Virus record (IMG/VR): IMGVR_UViG_3300021425_000134
Coordinates: 1-28,254 of that record
Length of the DNA: 28,254 bases
Origin: a virus
Lineage: Duplodnaviria; Caudoviricetes
Direction: 5' to 3' (one strand)
The notes beneath the pieces are model-generated. The model was given only the letters and a program-made list of their open reading frames with translations, was not told where the DNA came from and did not search any database. This document shows, one piece after another, positions 1 through 8,553 of this stretch. Each line of letters begins with the position of its first letter. Within the stretch, counting starts at the first letter, position 1. A program made the translations under genes and the position numbers.

Positions 1-72
1 GTGGTTGATGACCGAGAGGCCGCGAGGCGCATCGCGTTTTTGTTAGAGAGAGCACAGAGAGCAGACAAATGA
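1..72 (+). CDS. 3' end of upstream gene, probably terminase small subunit (partial)
   Basis: Frame 1 reads VVDDREAARRIAFLLERAQRADK-stop (TGA 70-72), overlapping the next ATG (ATGA). Its position just upstream of TerL suggests TerS, but only 23 aa are visible. Confidence 0.4.
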   Translation: MVDDREAARRIAFLLERAQRADK

Positions 73-233
73 AGTGTATTCGTTGTGAGACTGAGACCAT
101 TCACGGTGGTGACCACGATCTGGATGATGATGCAGAATACTATCTCGAGAGCAATTTCACCTGTCCAGAATGCGATATGTTCTACCTAGTGTTCACTCCG
201 CACGAGCCAGAGGCTGAAGTTGGGGCTGCTTGA
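69..233 (+). CDS. small CxxC...CxxC zinc-ribbon protein, 54 aa (below the ORF-track cutoff)
   Basis: Manual translation: MKCIRCETETIHGGDHDLDDDAEYYLESNFTCPECDMFYLVFTPHEPEAEVGAA. Two CxxC pairs and a GGDHD motif; ATGA overlap with the upstream gene. Confidence 0.75.
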   Translation: MKCIRCETETIHGGDHDLDDDAEYYLESNFTCPECDMFYLVFTPHEPEAEVGAA

Positions 234-1890
234 TGAAATCACTGCGCGCGTCCAGCAGATGGACGAAAGCGATCGCGCTGAGCTAGAGCAGGCAGCAATG
301 GCGGGCACTGCAGACATGGTGCTGGTGCCAAATCCTGGCCCCCAGACCGACGCCTATTTCAGCGCAGCAGACGAGCTGTACTTTGGTGGTGCGGCAGGTG
401 GTGGCAAAAGCGTGCTGTTGCTGATGCTGGCGTTGCAGGAACACCGAGTGTCTCGCCTGTTCCGCCGGCAGTTCACAGACATCGACGGCTCTGGTGGTCT
501 GGCCCAGTCTATGGGCAAGCTGATCTCAACGGGGATGCGGGGATACAACAGCCAGAAGCACGTGTGGCAGCTGCCGCACGAAGTTACCAACGGTGTCGAT
601 CGCTCGATCGAGTTTGGCGCGTTCACCAATCAGGTAGAGGCAGAGCGCTATCAGGGGCGAGCCGCTGACTTTTTGGGGTTCGATGAGGCTGTGCAGTTTC
701 AGTGGCCATTGATCCAGTTCCTGAGCGCGTGGAACCGGCCAGGCGCAGGCGTGCCGATGGATCAGCGCTGTCGAGTGGTGCTGGCATCCAACCCGCCGGT
801 CACGCCAGAGGGCCTGTGGATATTTGACCGCTACGCAGCGTGGCTCGATCCTGAGCACCCCAATCCAGCAGCACCTGGCCGGCTGCGCTGGTACGCAACG
901 ATTGAGGGCCACGAGGTCGAGGTGCAGCCGGACGAAGAGATCGAGGTCCGTGACGCGTTGGGGCGACCTATATTGATACGTCCTAAATCAAGGACCTTCA
1001 TTCCGGCTTCACTGTCCGACAATCCTGATCTGGTGGACGCTGGATATGCTGAGCAGCTGGCTAATCTGCCGGCTCACCTGCGGGCAGCCCTGCTGGAGGG
1101 CAAGTTCTCCACGACATTGGAGGACGCAGAGCGCCAGATCATCCCGACGCAATGGATCCTGAAGGCGCAGGAGCGTTACGAACTGCGCAAGACCGACCTG
1201 CAGAACAAAGCTATGACTGCGCTCGGGGTGGACGTGGCCGACGGTGGCCGTGACAGGATGGTCTGCGTGCCGCTGCATCAGGCGACGTTTGGCGCGCCAG
1301 TCATGAAGGCAGGCAGTGACGTCTCGACTACGACAGCTAAGGCAGCGTTCATTCTGACAGTGTTGCGGGATGACGCGCAGATCAACATTGACTGCGGCGG
1401 TGGCTATGGTTCTGGCGTGTCTGACATGCTCGAAAGCAACCAGATGAACGTCAAGCGCATCAAGGGTGCGCAGAAGCCCACGCGATCCTGCCCTCGAACT
1501 GGTCGCACCTATGCCAACCTGCGGACGCAGATGATCTATGAGTTTCGCGACAGTCTGGATCCAGAGAACGGTGACAACATAGCGCTGCCGCCTGGCCGCG
1601 AGGTAGTGCTTGAGCTGACGGCATTCAGAGAGATGCCGCGAGAGGACGCACGCAATGTGATCAGGGTCGAGCCCAACGATGTCATTGTCGAGCGTATTGG
1701 CCGATCGCCAGACATTGCGTGGGGCTTTTTCTTTGCGTGGGCCGCACCGAACCTTGCAGCCAAAGAAAACAGACAGGCCTACGTTACCAGTCGCCGTCGC
1801 ACTGGCCACGTCAGCACGATGTCAAACAGTGGCCTGACCAAGCTGGCCGGCAGGCGTCGAGCCAGCAACAGTTTAGTGCGTCGCAAGTAG
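220..1890 (+). CDS. terL: terminase large subunit
   Basis: Walker A GGAAGGGKS, Walker B FLGFDEA, motif III ASNP, FIPASLSDNP, RNase H-like nuclease motifs LGVDVADGGRD, IDCGGGYG and RSPD. TTG start; lies upstream of the portal. Confidence 0.95.
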   Translation: MGLLDEITARVQQMDESDRAELEQAAMAGTADMVLVPNPGPQTDAYFSAADELYFGGAAGGGKSVLLLMLALQEHRVSRLFRRQFTDIDGSGGLAQSMGKLISTGMRGYNSQKHVWQLPHEVTNGVDRSIEFGAFTNQVEAERYQGRAADFLGFDEAVQFQWPLIQFLSAWNRPGAGVPMDQRCRVVLASNPPVTPEGLWIFDRYAAWLDPEHPNPAAPGRLRWYATIEGHEVEVQPDEEIEVRDALGRPILIRPKSRTFIPASLSDNPDLVDAGYAEQLANLPAHLRAALLEGKFSTTLEDAERQIIPTQWILKAQERYELRKTDLQNKAMTALGVDVADGGRDRMVCVPLHQATFGAPVMKAGSDVSTTTAKAAFILTVLRDDAQINIDCGGGYGSGVSDMLESNQMNVKRIKGAQKPTRSCPRTGRTYANLRTQMIYEFRDSLDPENGDNIALPPGREVVLELTAFREMPREDARNVIRVEPNDVIVERIGRSPDIAWGFFFAWAAPNLAAKENRQAYVTSRRRTGHVSTMSNSGLTKLAGRRRASNSLVRRK

Positions 1891-1933
1891 CGTTCCGGTA
1901 ACGCTGCTAGTCTGCGACCAGCAGGAGGTACAG

Positions 1934-2161
1934 ATGCCAAGTCACTACGGTCATTCCAAAAAGAAAAAGGGCGGCAGCATGGTCGCCAACAAACCCAAGC
2001 AAGCGTCACGTCGCAGCCGGCCGATGATGGGCCCGAGCCCGATGGCAGGTGAGCAGCTGTCGCCAACAATGCTCAGCGCAGTCGAAGAGCTAGACGAGTT
2101 CGGACGTCCCAAGCGGCGCAAAGGTATGGGCCGGCGCAGTCTGCTCGGAGGCATGGCCTAA
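1934..2161 (+). CDS. small basic protein, probable virion-assembly protein
   Basis: Strong RBS AGGAGG at 1923-1928; K/R-rich; ends RRSLLGGMA. Confidence 0.7.
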   Translation: MPSHYGHSKKKKGGSMVANKPKQASRRSRPMMGPSPMAGEQLSPTMLSAVEELDEFGRPKRRKGMGRRSLLGGMA

Positions 2162-2386
2162 ATGTTCCGTTCTCCGCCACCACCTCCACCGCCTCCCCCT
2201 CCACCGCCTCCGCCGCCGCCAATGCCGACAGAGGTGGCGCCAAGCGTGCAGCAGATGCGAGTAGAGACGGAGCGTGGTGCGCGGAGACGACAGGGCCGAC
2301 AGTCAACATTGCTGCGGTCATCGCTGGGTAGCGGCCAATACGCCGGCGCTCCGCCCACAACCACGACAACGCTTCTAGGTGGCTGA
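2162..2386 (+). CDS. small proline-rich protein at the T7 gp7.3-like position before the portal
   Basis: Run of 16 Pro, basic middle, C-terminal TLLGG; TGATG overlap with the portal start. Confidence 0.75.
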   Translation: MFRSPPPPPPPPPPPPPPPPMPTEVAPSVQQMRVETERGARRRQGRQSTLLRSSLGSGQYAGAPPTTTTTLLGG

Positions 2387-4107
2387 TGCAGTATGGCATG
2401 ACGAAAGAGGGTGGGCACGAGCGCGGCAAGAAGGTGCGCAAGATGGCCCAGATGGCGTTTCAGAAGAAAGCGCCGTACCTGACGCTATGGCAGTCCATCG
2501 CTGAGCTGTTCTACCCAACGCGTGCCGACTTCACCATGAAGCACAGCGAGGCGAGTGAATACTTTGAGGATCTGTACACATCGATCCCCAGCCGCATTGC
2601 CAGCCAGTCAGCCAACAACATTGGCCGGCTGCTGCGACCGCAGAGCACGAACTGGTTCAAGTGCGTGGCCAAGCCTGAAGAACTGATGGACGAAAAGCCA
2701 GTGCAGAACTGGGTGGAGGACGCCACGGTCACGCTGCGCCGCATCATCTATGACAATAAGGCCATGTTCAGTCGCGCTATGGCCGAAAGCGATCTGGACT
2801 TTGTCTGCTTCGGCAACAGCGTCATATCGCACACGTATTATGATGACGTCGGCGGGATCATGGAGCCAGGCATACTGTTCCGCTGCTACCACCTGCGTGA
2901 CTGTGCGTGGAAGAAGAACCACCTCGGCGTGATCGACCACATGTTCGTCAAACTGGAGAAGACACTGGGCCAGTGGCGCACACAGTTTGGTCAGGCCAAT
3001 CTGCCAGAGAAGTGGCAGCGTGCTTGCGATCAGGATCAGCTGGACGAGAAGCGCACAGTGTTCATGTGCGTGACGCCGATCGAGCAAGGTGATTATGACG
3101 GACAGGAGCGCAACTTTGCCATGCCGGCTGAGGCGAAGTTCAAGATGCAGTATGTCTCGGCAGATGATGAGGCTGACTGCTGCATCAAGGAAGATGCTTA
3201 CAGCTATTTCCCGTTCACCGTGCGCCAGTGGCAGAGCGTGGCAGGCGAGGATTATGCTCGCAGCCCCTGCACATCGGTGGCTTTGGGCGATGCCCGCGCG
3301 ATGAACACAATGGAGTATGCGATCCTAAAATCGGTCGAGCTAAACGTTGAGCCGATCAAGATCGTGGACCGTGAGGCAATACTGGACGATCGCATTGGCT
3401 GGCAGGCTGGTGATGTGATCTACGCCAATGTCGGGCCTGATCGTGGCAACCGGCCAATCGTCGAGTATCTGCAGAACGGTGAAGTGCCTCTGGCGATGGA
3501 CTGGCGCGATCGTGCATATCAGGAAATGCGCATGGCATTCTTCCTGCATATTCTCGACATTCCGCAAAAGCCAATGACTGCATACGAGGTACGGCAGAGA
3601 CTGGCTGCACAGCTAGCTGATGCGTCGCCGATCTTTGAGCCGCTTGAGGCAGACCTGCGACGGATGCTAGGCAAGGTGTTCGAGATGGCAATGACGCGGC
3701 AGGCTTTTGGCCCGCTTGAAGACATACCTGAAAGCCTGCGTGGCCGACAGGTAGAGATCGACTTTGACACGCCGTTGACGCAGGCGAAAGAGAGCGAGGT
3801 CGTGCAGCAGTATGAGCAGGTCATGCAGATGACCATGCAGACAGTGCAGTCACAGCACCCAGACGCGATGGCAGCGCTGGACTATATTAAGTTTGACGAC
3901 ATGACACGACACGTGCTCAAGACGTCAGTACCGAGCAAGTGGGAACGGTCGGACGAAGAGGCGGCCGAATTGCGGGAGCAGAAACAGCAGGCGCAACAGG
4001 AGGCGCAAGAGCAGCAAATGGCTATGGAGGCTGGTCAGGCTGCAATGAGTGCCAAACCTGAGAACCTGCGAATGTTACAGCGAGCAGTGAATGGAGAACC
4101 GCAGTAG
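2386..4107 (+). CDS. portal protein (T7 gp8-like head-tail connector)
   Basis: 573 aa. Motifs WQSIAELFYP, WF, DFVCFGNS, RQWQSVAGEDYARSP, MTAYEVRQR and a Q-rich C-terminus match the T7-type head-tail connector family; synteny agrees. Confidence 0.93.
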   Translation: MQYGMTKEGGHERGKKVRKMAQMAFQKKAPYLTLWQSIAELFYPTRADFTMKHSEASEYFEDLYTSIPSRIASQSANNIGRLLRPQSTNWFKCVAKPEELMDEKPVQNWVEDATVTLRRIIYDNKAMFSRAMAESDLDFVCFGNSVISHTYYDDVGGIMEPGILFRCYHLRDCAWKKNHLGVIDHMFVKLEKTLGQWRTQFGQANLPEKWQRACDQDQLDEKRTVFMCVTPIEQGDYDGQERNFAMPAEAKFKMQYVSADDEADCCIKEDAYSYFPFTVRQWQSVAGEDYARSPCTSVALGDARAMNTMEYAILKSVELNVEPIKIVDREAILDDRIGWQAGDVIYANVGPDRGNRPIVEYLQNGEVPLAMDWRDRAYQEMRMAFFLHILDIPQKPMTAYEVRQRLAAQLADASPIFEPLEADLRRMLGKVFEMAMTRQAFGPLEDIPESLRGRQVEIDFDTPLTQAKESEVVQQYEQVMQMTMQTVQSQHPDAMAALDYIKFDDMTRHVLKTSVPSKWERSDEEAAELREQKQQAQQEAQEQQMAMEAGQAAMSAKPENLRMLQRAVNGEPQ

Positions 4108-4399
4108 TCCCCCGCTACGCACAACAGCAGCCGTAGATAAAATGATCGAGGATCAGCAGCGTGCTGCAACGTTGATAGTGCGCGCATTCAGTCAGGTGGT
4201 GCGCGGCAGTGCCGATGGACCGGCGCAACGCAAAGCAATGAAGCACATCATGCGCGTGTTGTGCGGTGTCACCGATTACCCGCAACCTGACGCTGATCCG
4301 TACAAGCGAGCATTTGATGATGGCCGGCGTTATGTCGGCCTGAAGATCGCAGAACTAGCAGCCCTTCGGCATTACAGCGATGAGGAGAATGAGGAATGA
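4091..4399 (+). CDS. Bbp19-like small protein between portal and scaffold
   Basis: AFDDGRRYVGLKI resembles the AFxEGxRxVG motif of this family; conserved position. Confidence 0.7.
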   Translation: MENRSSPPLRTTAAVDKMIEDQQRAATLIVRAFSQVVRGSADGPAQRKAMKHIMRVLCGVTDYPQPDADPYKRAFDDGRRYVGLKIAELAALRHYSDEENEE

Positions 4400-5313
4400 G
4401 CGAAGAAGCAATGAGTGCAGAGGGCGGCGAACCAGTCGCCGAGGCTCCAGTATCAGAGGCGCCTGTCACCGAGCAGGCTAGTGCAGCGCCATCAGCTGAC
4501 GATTGGCGCACGCCATTTGCTGGTGGCGATGCTGAGAGACTGGCAGCGCTGCAGCGGTTCAGTGATCCGACAGCGTATGACAAGGCGTTCCGCGACACAC
4601 AGACAGCACTGCGCCAGAAGATGGAGGGCTATTTCAAGGTGCCCGATGAGGACGCCAGTGATGAGGATGTGGCGGCGTTCCGCGCACAGATGGGCATTCC
4701 TGATGCGGTCGATGGGTATGAGCGCTTGGCTCCGCCCGAAGGCATTGAGTTGAGCGATGCAGACAATGCGTTCATTGATCAGGCTTTGGAGCAGCTGCAC
4801 AAGCAGGGCGGCATCACGGCGTCGCCACAGGTGGCTGCAACGCTGCAGGCGCTCTACCACGACGCTCTGGCGGCGCGCAACGCTCAGGCTCAAGAGATCA
4901 GTATGCAAGCGCGAGCTAAGGTTGAGACCGATCTGAAGACGTCATGGGGTCACGACTATGACGTTAACATGAAGTATGCACAGCAGGCGGTGCAAGCTTA
5001 CTTCGACAACAGCAGTGAGGACGACAACATCCTCGAGGTGCAGCTGATGGACGGGTCGCGGCTGGGTGACAATGAGCAGTTCATTCGAGCGATGACAGCA
5101 GCTGGTCGCGCTATGGTTGGCGACCCCCAGTTTCTGGCGGCAGTCAACACACAGGGCCCAGCCAGTGCTGATGAGATCCAAGGCGAGCTGGACAAGATGC
5201 GGGCGTGGCGGACTGGCACACCTGAAGAGCAACGCAAGTATGCTGAGGTCAGTGCGCCAGGCGGCAAATACGAGCAGATGCTGGAACGTCTGGAGCGTGC
5301 GCGTCAGCGGTAG
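4396..5313 (+). CDS. capsid assembly scaffolding protein
   Basis: Acidic, Ala/Pro-rich N-terminus, DWR motif, GIPDAVDGY, LKTSWGHDYD, helical composition; directly upstream of the capsid gene. Confidence 0.8.
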   Translation: MSEEAMSAEGGEPVAEAPVSEAPVTEQASAAPSADDWRTPFAGGDAERLAALQRFSDPTAYDKAFRDTQTALRQKMEGYFKVPDEDASDEDVAAFRAQMGIPDAVDGYERLAPPEGIELSDADNAFIDQALEQLHKQGGITASPQVAATLQALYHDALAARNAQAQEISMQARAKVETDLKTSWGHDYDVNMKYAQQAVQAYFDNSSEDDNILEVQLMDGSRLGDNEQFIRAMTAAGRAMVGDPQFLAAVNTQGPASADEIQGELDKMRAWRTGTPEEQRKYAEVSAPGGKYEQMLERLERARQR

Positions 5314-5379
5314 ATTGCATTCCTGTGCGCGTAGTATACCAGAAGTGCGTTACGCATGACGCATGTTCTCTCTGGTTGT

Positions 5380-5417
5380 CGGCCCCCGTCTCCTCTCTTG
5401 GCGGGGGCCGTTTTTTT
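5380..5417 (+). terminator. Rho-independent terminator after the scaffold gene
   Basis: 11-bp stem CGGCCCCCGTC (5380-5390) / GGCGGGGGCCG (5400-5410), 9-nt loop, then T7. Confidence 0.8.
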
Positions 5418-5444
5418 GTGTTCCAGATCGGTGTGTATGGTGAT

Positions 5445-5624
5445 CCTGTTCGCAGGTTGGCGATGAACCATGCGGACTGTGGCCTACCCGAAAGGCTGCC
5501 AGTTGCGTCGACAACAGCTGGCACTCAATCGGCCCCACGCTCAAAGTCATGTGAAGGCGGCCCCTGTTTCAGGCCTACCCGCTGGATCTAGTCGCACGAA
5601 CCTGAACCGGTGTCGCAAGGCACC
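5445..5624 (+). promoter_or_regulatory. structured RNA leader upstream of the major capsid gene
   Basis: Hairpins CCTG-TTCG-CAGG (5445-5456), a 9-bp stem 5497-5505/5515-5523, two copies of a CCTAC/CC internal loop (5479-5538 and 5557-5582), and GGTGTC-GCAA-GGCACC (5609-5624). Confidence 0.6.
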
Positions 5625-5647
5625 ATAATCCATTGTGGAGATTAGAC

Positions 5648-6496
5648 ATGGCAGTGAACACTGTTTCTAATATCGAACGCTCCAAATATAATGACGAATT
5701 CCGTTTCGACTTTGAGCGTGAGAAATCCCTGCTGATGAAGGCCGTTAACAGCAACGGTCTGATGCGCGCAGGAACCATTTACTGGGACGTTGTTGGCACG
5801 ACCAGCGACGCTGCTGAGCGGGCGCGTGATGGCGACATCCCCGTCGATCAGCTGGACAACAGCCAAGTGTCGGACACGCCGAAAGAGTTCTTCAAGAAAT
5901 ACTCTGTCGACGATTTCGATGCGTTCCGTGCGAACCCAAACTATCGGGCTGCACAGTATCGCAAGGCACGGGCTGCCTGCTATCGCACCTGCGATCAGCG
6001 GATCATCGAGCTGTTCACCTCTGGCACGAACTACGGCACCACGACACTGGCCAACATCGGCTCAGTTCTGGACCTGACCACATCGCTGTGGGAAAACGAC
6101 GTGCCAAACGACGGACGTGTCTGGGGTGTCCTGACACCGAAGGCCCTCGCCCGTCTGATGAAGATCAACGAATTCACCTCAGCTGATTATGTCAGCGCCA
6201 CCGGCAAGACCGAGCAAGGCGTCAATGGCTACGGCGAAGGCGGATACTGGAACTTCATGGGTGTTAAGTGGTTCATGCACACGGGCCTCGCCGGCACCGG
6301 CACTGCAACCGCCACGGTTGCCGTATGGCATGAGGACAGCATTGGTCACCAGATCGATGGTGAGCCAGAGCTGCACGCATACTATTTTGAACCACAGGAC
6401 CGTTGGGAAACGTGGTCAAAGTATCGTGACGCACGTGCCATGTGCCTTCCTAATGGCTGCCTGTACGCGACGCACGACGACACAGCAGCGCTTTAA
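5648..6496 (+). CDS. major capsid protein (282 aa)
   Basis: Start moved to ATG 5648 because GGAG lies at 5637-5640. Motifs AACYRTCDQRII, NEFTSADYV and FMGVKW resemble BPP-1-like podovirus capsid proteins; follows the scaffold. Confidence 0.88.
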   Translation: MAVNTVSNIERSKYNDEFRFDFEREKSLLMKAVNSNGLMRAGTIYWDVVGTTSDAAERARDGDIPVDQLDNSQVSDTPKEFFKKYSVDDFDAFRANPNYRAAQYRKARAACYRTCDQRIIELFTSGTNYGTTTLANIGSVLDLTTSLWENDVPNDGRVWGVLTPKALARLMKINEFTSADYVSATGKTEQGVNGYGEGGYWNFMGVKWFMHTGLAGTGTATATVAVWHEDSIGHQIDGEPELHAYYFEPQDRWETWSKYRDARAMCLPNGCLYATHDDTAAL

Positions 6497-6516
6497 TTTA
6501 GAAAGGGGATTTTGAC

Positions 6517-6837
6517 ATGGCATATTCAAGCGCAAGCCTTGCACTGGCCCAGTCTCGCAAAGGGGCTGTAGGCTACAGCGTCTGGGTTTATGACAGCACA
6601 GACCCAGCCGCGACAGTCGCAGGCGCCGGATACATTTCCGACGCTTTCGACAAAGGAATGAGCCTTGGCGATCGCGTGGTCATTCGTGAGTGGGGCACTT
6701 CCGTGCCAACCACCAACACGGAGACCCGTGGCGATGGTGACGGCACCGCAGCCTCTGGCACTGTTGACGCAGTGTCGGACTACGTTGTGACCGCCATCAG
6801 CACCGCTGGGGCCGCAACGCTGTCAGCGATGGCGTAA
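6517..6837 (+). CDS. small virion protein, probable capsid decoration/cement protein
   Basis: RBS AAGGGGA; MAYS start; WVYDSTD...AGY motif; co-transcribed with the capsid gene ahead of the terminator. Confidence 0.55.
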   Translation: MAYSSASLALAQSRKGAVGYSVWVYDSTDPAATVAGAGYISDAFDKGMSLGDRVVIREWGTSVPTTNTETRGDGDGTAASGTVDAVSDYVVTAISTAGAATLSAMA

Positions 6838-6869
6838 GGATAGGCTTCGGCCTGTTCTATTCCGAGGGG

Positions 6870-6910
6870 AAGGGGTATGGTTCCAGCGTGGGGACCGTAC
6901 CCTTTTTCTT
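6870..6910 (+). terminator. terminator after the capsid genes (T7 T-phi-like position)
   Basis: About 15-bp stem 6870-6884 / 6891-6905 followed by a T-rich run; an extra GGC-TTCG-GCC hairpin lies at 6843-6852. Confidence 0.75.
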
Positions 6911-6920
6911 TGGAGACGAC

Positions 6921-7436
6921 ATGACTGTTTATGCAAAGCCTGAATACCTCAACCTCGAGGTCGCCGGCAAAACGCGAAACACGTATATCTACGATGCGCC
7001 GGCTGAGCACAGCATCGCGCAGATCCAAGCGCCGGAGTATTTCGGTCGCGCAATGAAGAGCAATGTGCTGACACCTCGTGATCTGATCGAGGTCATACCT
7101 CGTGACAACAGCTACATGATGCGCCTGATGGTGCGTGAGCAGATCAGACAGGCGGGCCAGTGTGTGACGGTGACGATCGGGCAGGTTCAACATTTCGACG
7201 TTGAGATGGATCTGCCTGGCGATTATCGCGTTGAGTTTGCCGGTGGCGCTGAAGGTCACGTGATCTGGAACAAGAACGTTCGGATCGAAAGCGGGTTCAG
7301 CTCACAGGAAGGCGCGGTCGTTCGGGTGCTGGCGCTGTTCGAAAAGGAACAGTCATCGGCAGCACTACGCAAGGCGCAGGCAAAGGTCAGCTCAGCCCCG
7401 CGTCGAGCACGCAAAAAGGAAAGCACTGAAGCATGA
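6921..7436 (+). CDS. hypothetical protein
   Basis: Start moved to ATG 6921 (GGAGA at 6912-6916) because the track start at 6888 lies inside the terminator hairpin. ATGA overlap with the next gene. Confidence 0.75.
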   Translation: MTVYAKPEYLNLEVAGKTRNTYIYDAPAEHSIAQIQAPEYFGRAMKSNVLTPRDLIEVIPRDNSYMMRLMVREQIRQAGQCVTVTIGQVQHFDVEMDLPGDYRVEFAGGAEGHVIWNKNVRIESGFSSQEGAVVRVLALFEKEQSSAALRKAQAKVSSAPRRARKKESTEA

Positions 7437-8104
7437 CGGTATCGCCGAGCAGCAGCCAAGTTGAGATCATCAACAACGCATTGTCAGTTCTGGGTCAGCG
7501 GCCAATCACGTCGCTGTCCACGACAGAGATCAACAACAATCAGACCCTGCGGGACATCTACAACCAGTGGGACAATTCTGTGCGCGAGGCGTTTCAGAAG
7601 TATGATTGGCAGAAGTTCACAACAATGCGGCAGCTATCGGCGGTCACCAACACGGATACAGCATCGTCCCCAGTGTCAGCTACTGATCACTGGAATTACA
7701 CGTTCAACCTGCCGGCCAATTTCTTTTCGATGATATACGTTGCTGGGACGACAGATCGCAATGATCTGCCGATCGAGTACGAGATCATCGACGGCTATGT
7801 GTGTACGAACTATCAACAAACATTCTGCTGGTTCATCAACGGTACGTACGCAAATCAAGTCGGGACATGGCCACAGGCGTTCTGTAATTATGTGGCGATG
7901 CTGTTAGCCTCTAAGGGTGCGGCGTCGATCGATGCGCCAGACACCAAGTTTCAGTTCATCCTGCGCGAGGGCGATCGGTATCTTCAGGATGCCAAGCGGT
8001 TCGATGCGCGGTTGAACCCATACAAGAAGCAGACGGCATCGCGCGCCAACAATAGCAGGTTCGCGACGCTGGGCGGCACATACAGCAATACAGGAAACTA
8101 CTGA
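7433..8104 (+). CDS. tail tubular protein A / head-tail adaptor (T7 gp11-like)
   Basis: SQVEIINNALSVLGQRPITSL N-terminus, YDWQKF, WNYTFNLPANF and WPQAFCNYVAMLLA are typical adaptor motifs. Confidence 0.88.
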   Translation: MTVSPSSSQVEIINNALSVLGQRPITSLSTTEINNNQTLRDIYNQWDNSVREAFQKYDWQKFTTMRQLSAVTNTDTASSPVSATDHWNYTFNLPANFFSMIYVAGTTDRNDLPIEYEIIDGYVCTNYQQTFCWFINGTYANQVGTWPQAFCNYVAMLLASKGAASIDAPDTKFQFILREGDRYLQDAKRFDARLNPYKKQTASRANNSRFATLGGTYSNTGNY

Positions 8105-8553
8105 TGCCCAAAGGCAGTGATCCGCGACTGACGTTCAATGGCGGCGTTATTGATGACCAGACGCTGACGCGGGTCGACCTTGAGGGGTATGGCCGGTACG
8201 CGGCAGAGATGACGAACATCATGCCGCTGGTGCAGGGTGGCATGACCAAGGCGCCAGGCACGCAATATCTCGGCCAGACTGCAGGTAATGAAGATGGCCG
8301 CCTGATCCCGTTCGTGTTCAATGAGGACAACGCGTTTATGCTGGAGTACACGCTGGGCGAGGTGCGCATCTGGAGCGGCACAGGCTTGGTTGTGACAGAG
8401 AATGTTGCAACCACGTTCGCCACGACAGACTGGGTAGACCAAAGCGCAGCCACATCCACCGGCGGCGGCACCGCAAGCGGATCCGGCACTGGCGAGATAT
8501 ATGACTTCACGTTCGACTTTGATTTCAGCGACTTGAGGATTGCAGGCTTCTAA
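8104..8553 (+). CDS. tail tubular protein B / nozzle, N-terminal fragment
   Basis: TFNGG, RVDLEGY, NIMPLVQGGMTKAPGT and RLIPFVFNED are the usual N-terminal motifs of gp12-like nozzles, but the ORF stops after 149 aa. Confidence 0.8.
   Translation: MPKGSDPRLTFNGGVIDDQTLTRVDLEGYGRYAAEMTNIMPLVQGGMTKAPGTQYLGQTAGNEDGRLIPFVFNEDNAFMLEYTLGEVRIWSGTGLVVTENVATTFATTDWVDQSAATSTGGGTASGSGTGEIYDFTFDFDFSDLRIAGF

Noticed and set aside
1700-1730. TerL motif SPDIAWG lacks the second Asp of SPDxADA
   Set aside because: That position varies among active terminases and the other acidic motifs are intact, so this is not enough to call the nuclease inactive.
1886-5340. Similar GCRTTCC...TAGT words at about 1890-1912 and 5317-5337 as a shared late promoter
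   Set aside because: Only two instances, and the spacing differs by 3 nt; could be chance.
6480-6520. T7 10A/10B-like frameshift fusing the capsid protein to the next gene
   Set aside because: The frame of the 6517 gene has TAG at 6499-6501, and the other frame stops at 6515, so no fusion is possible.
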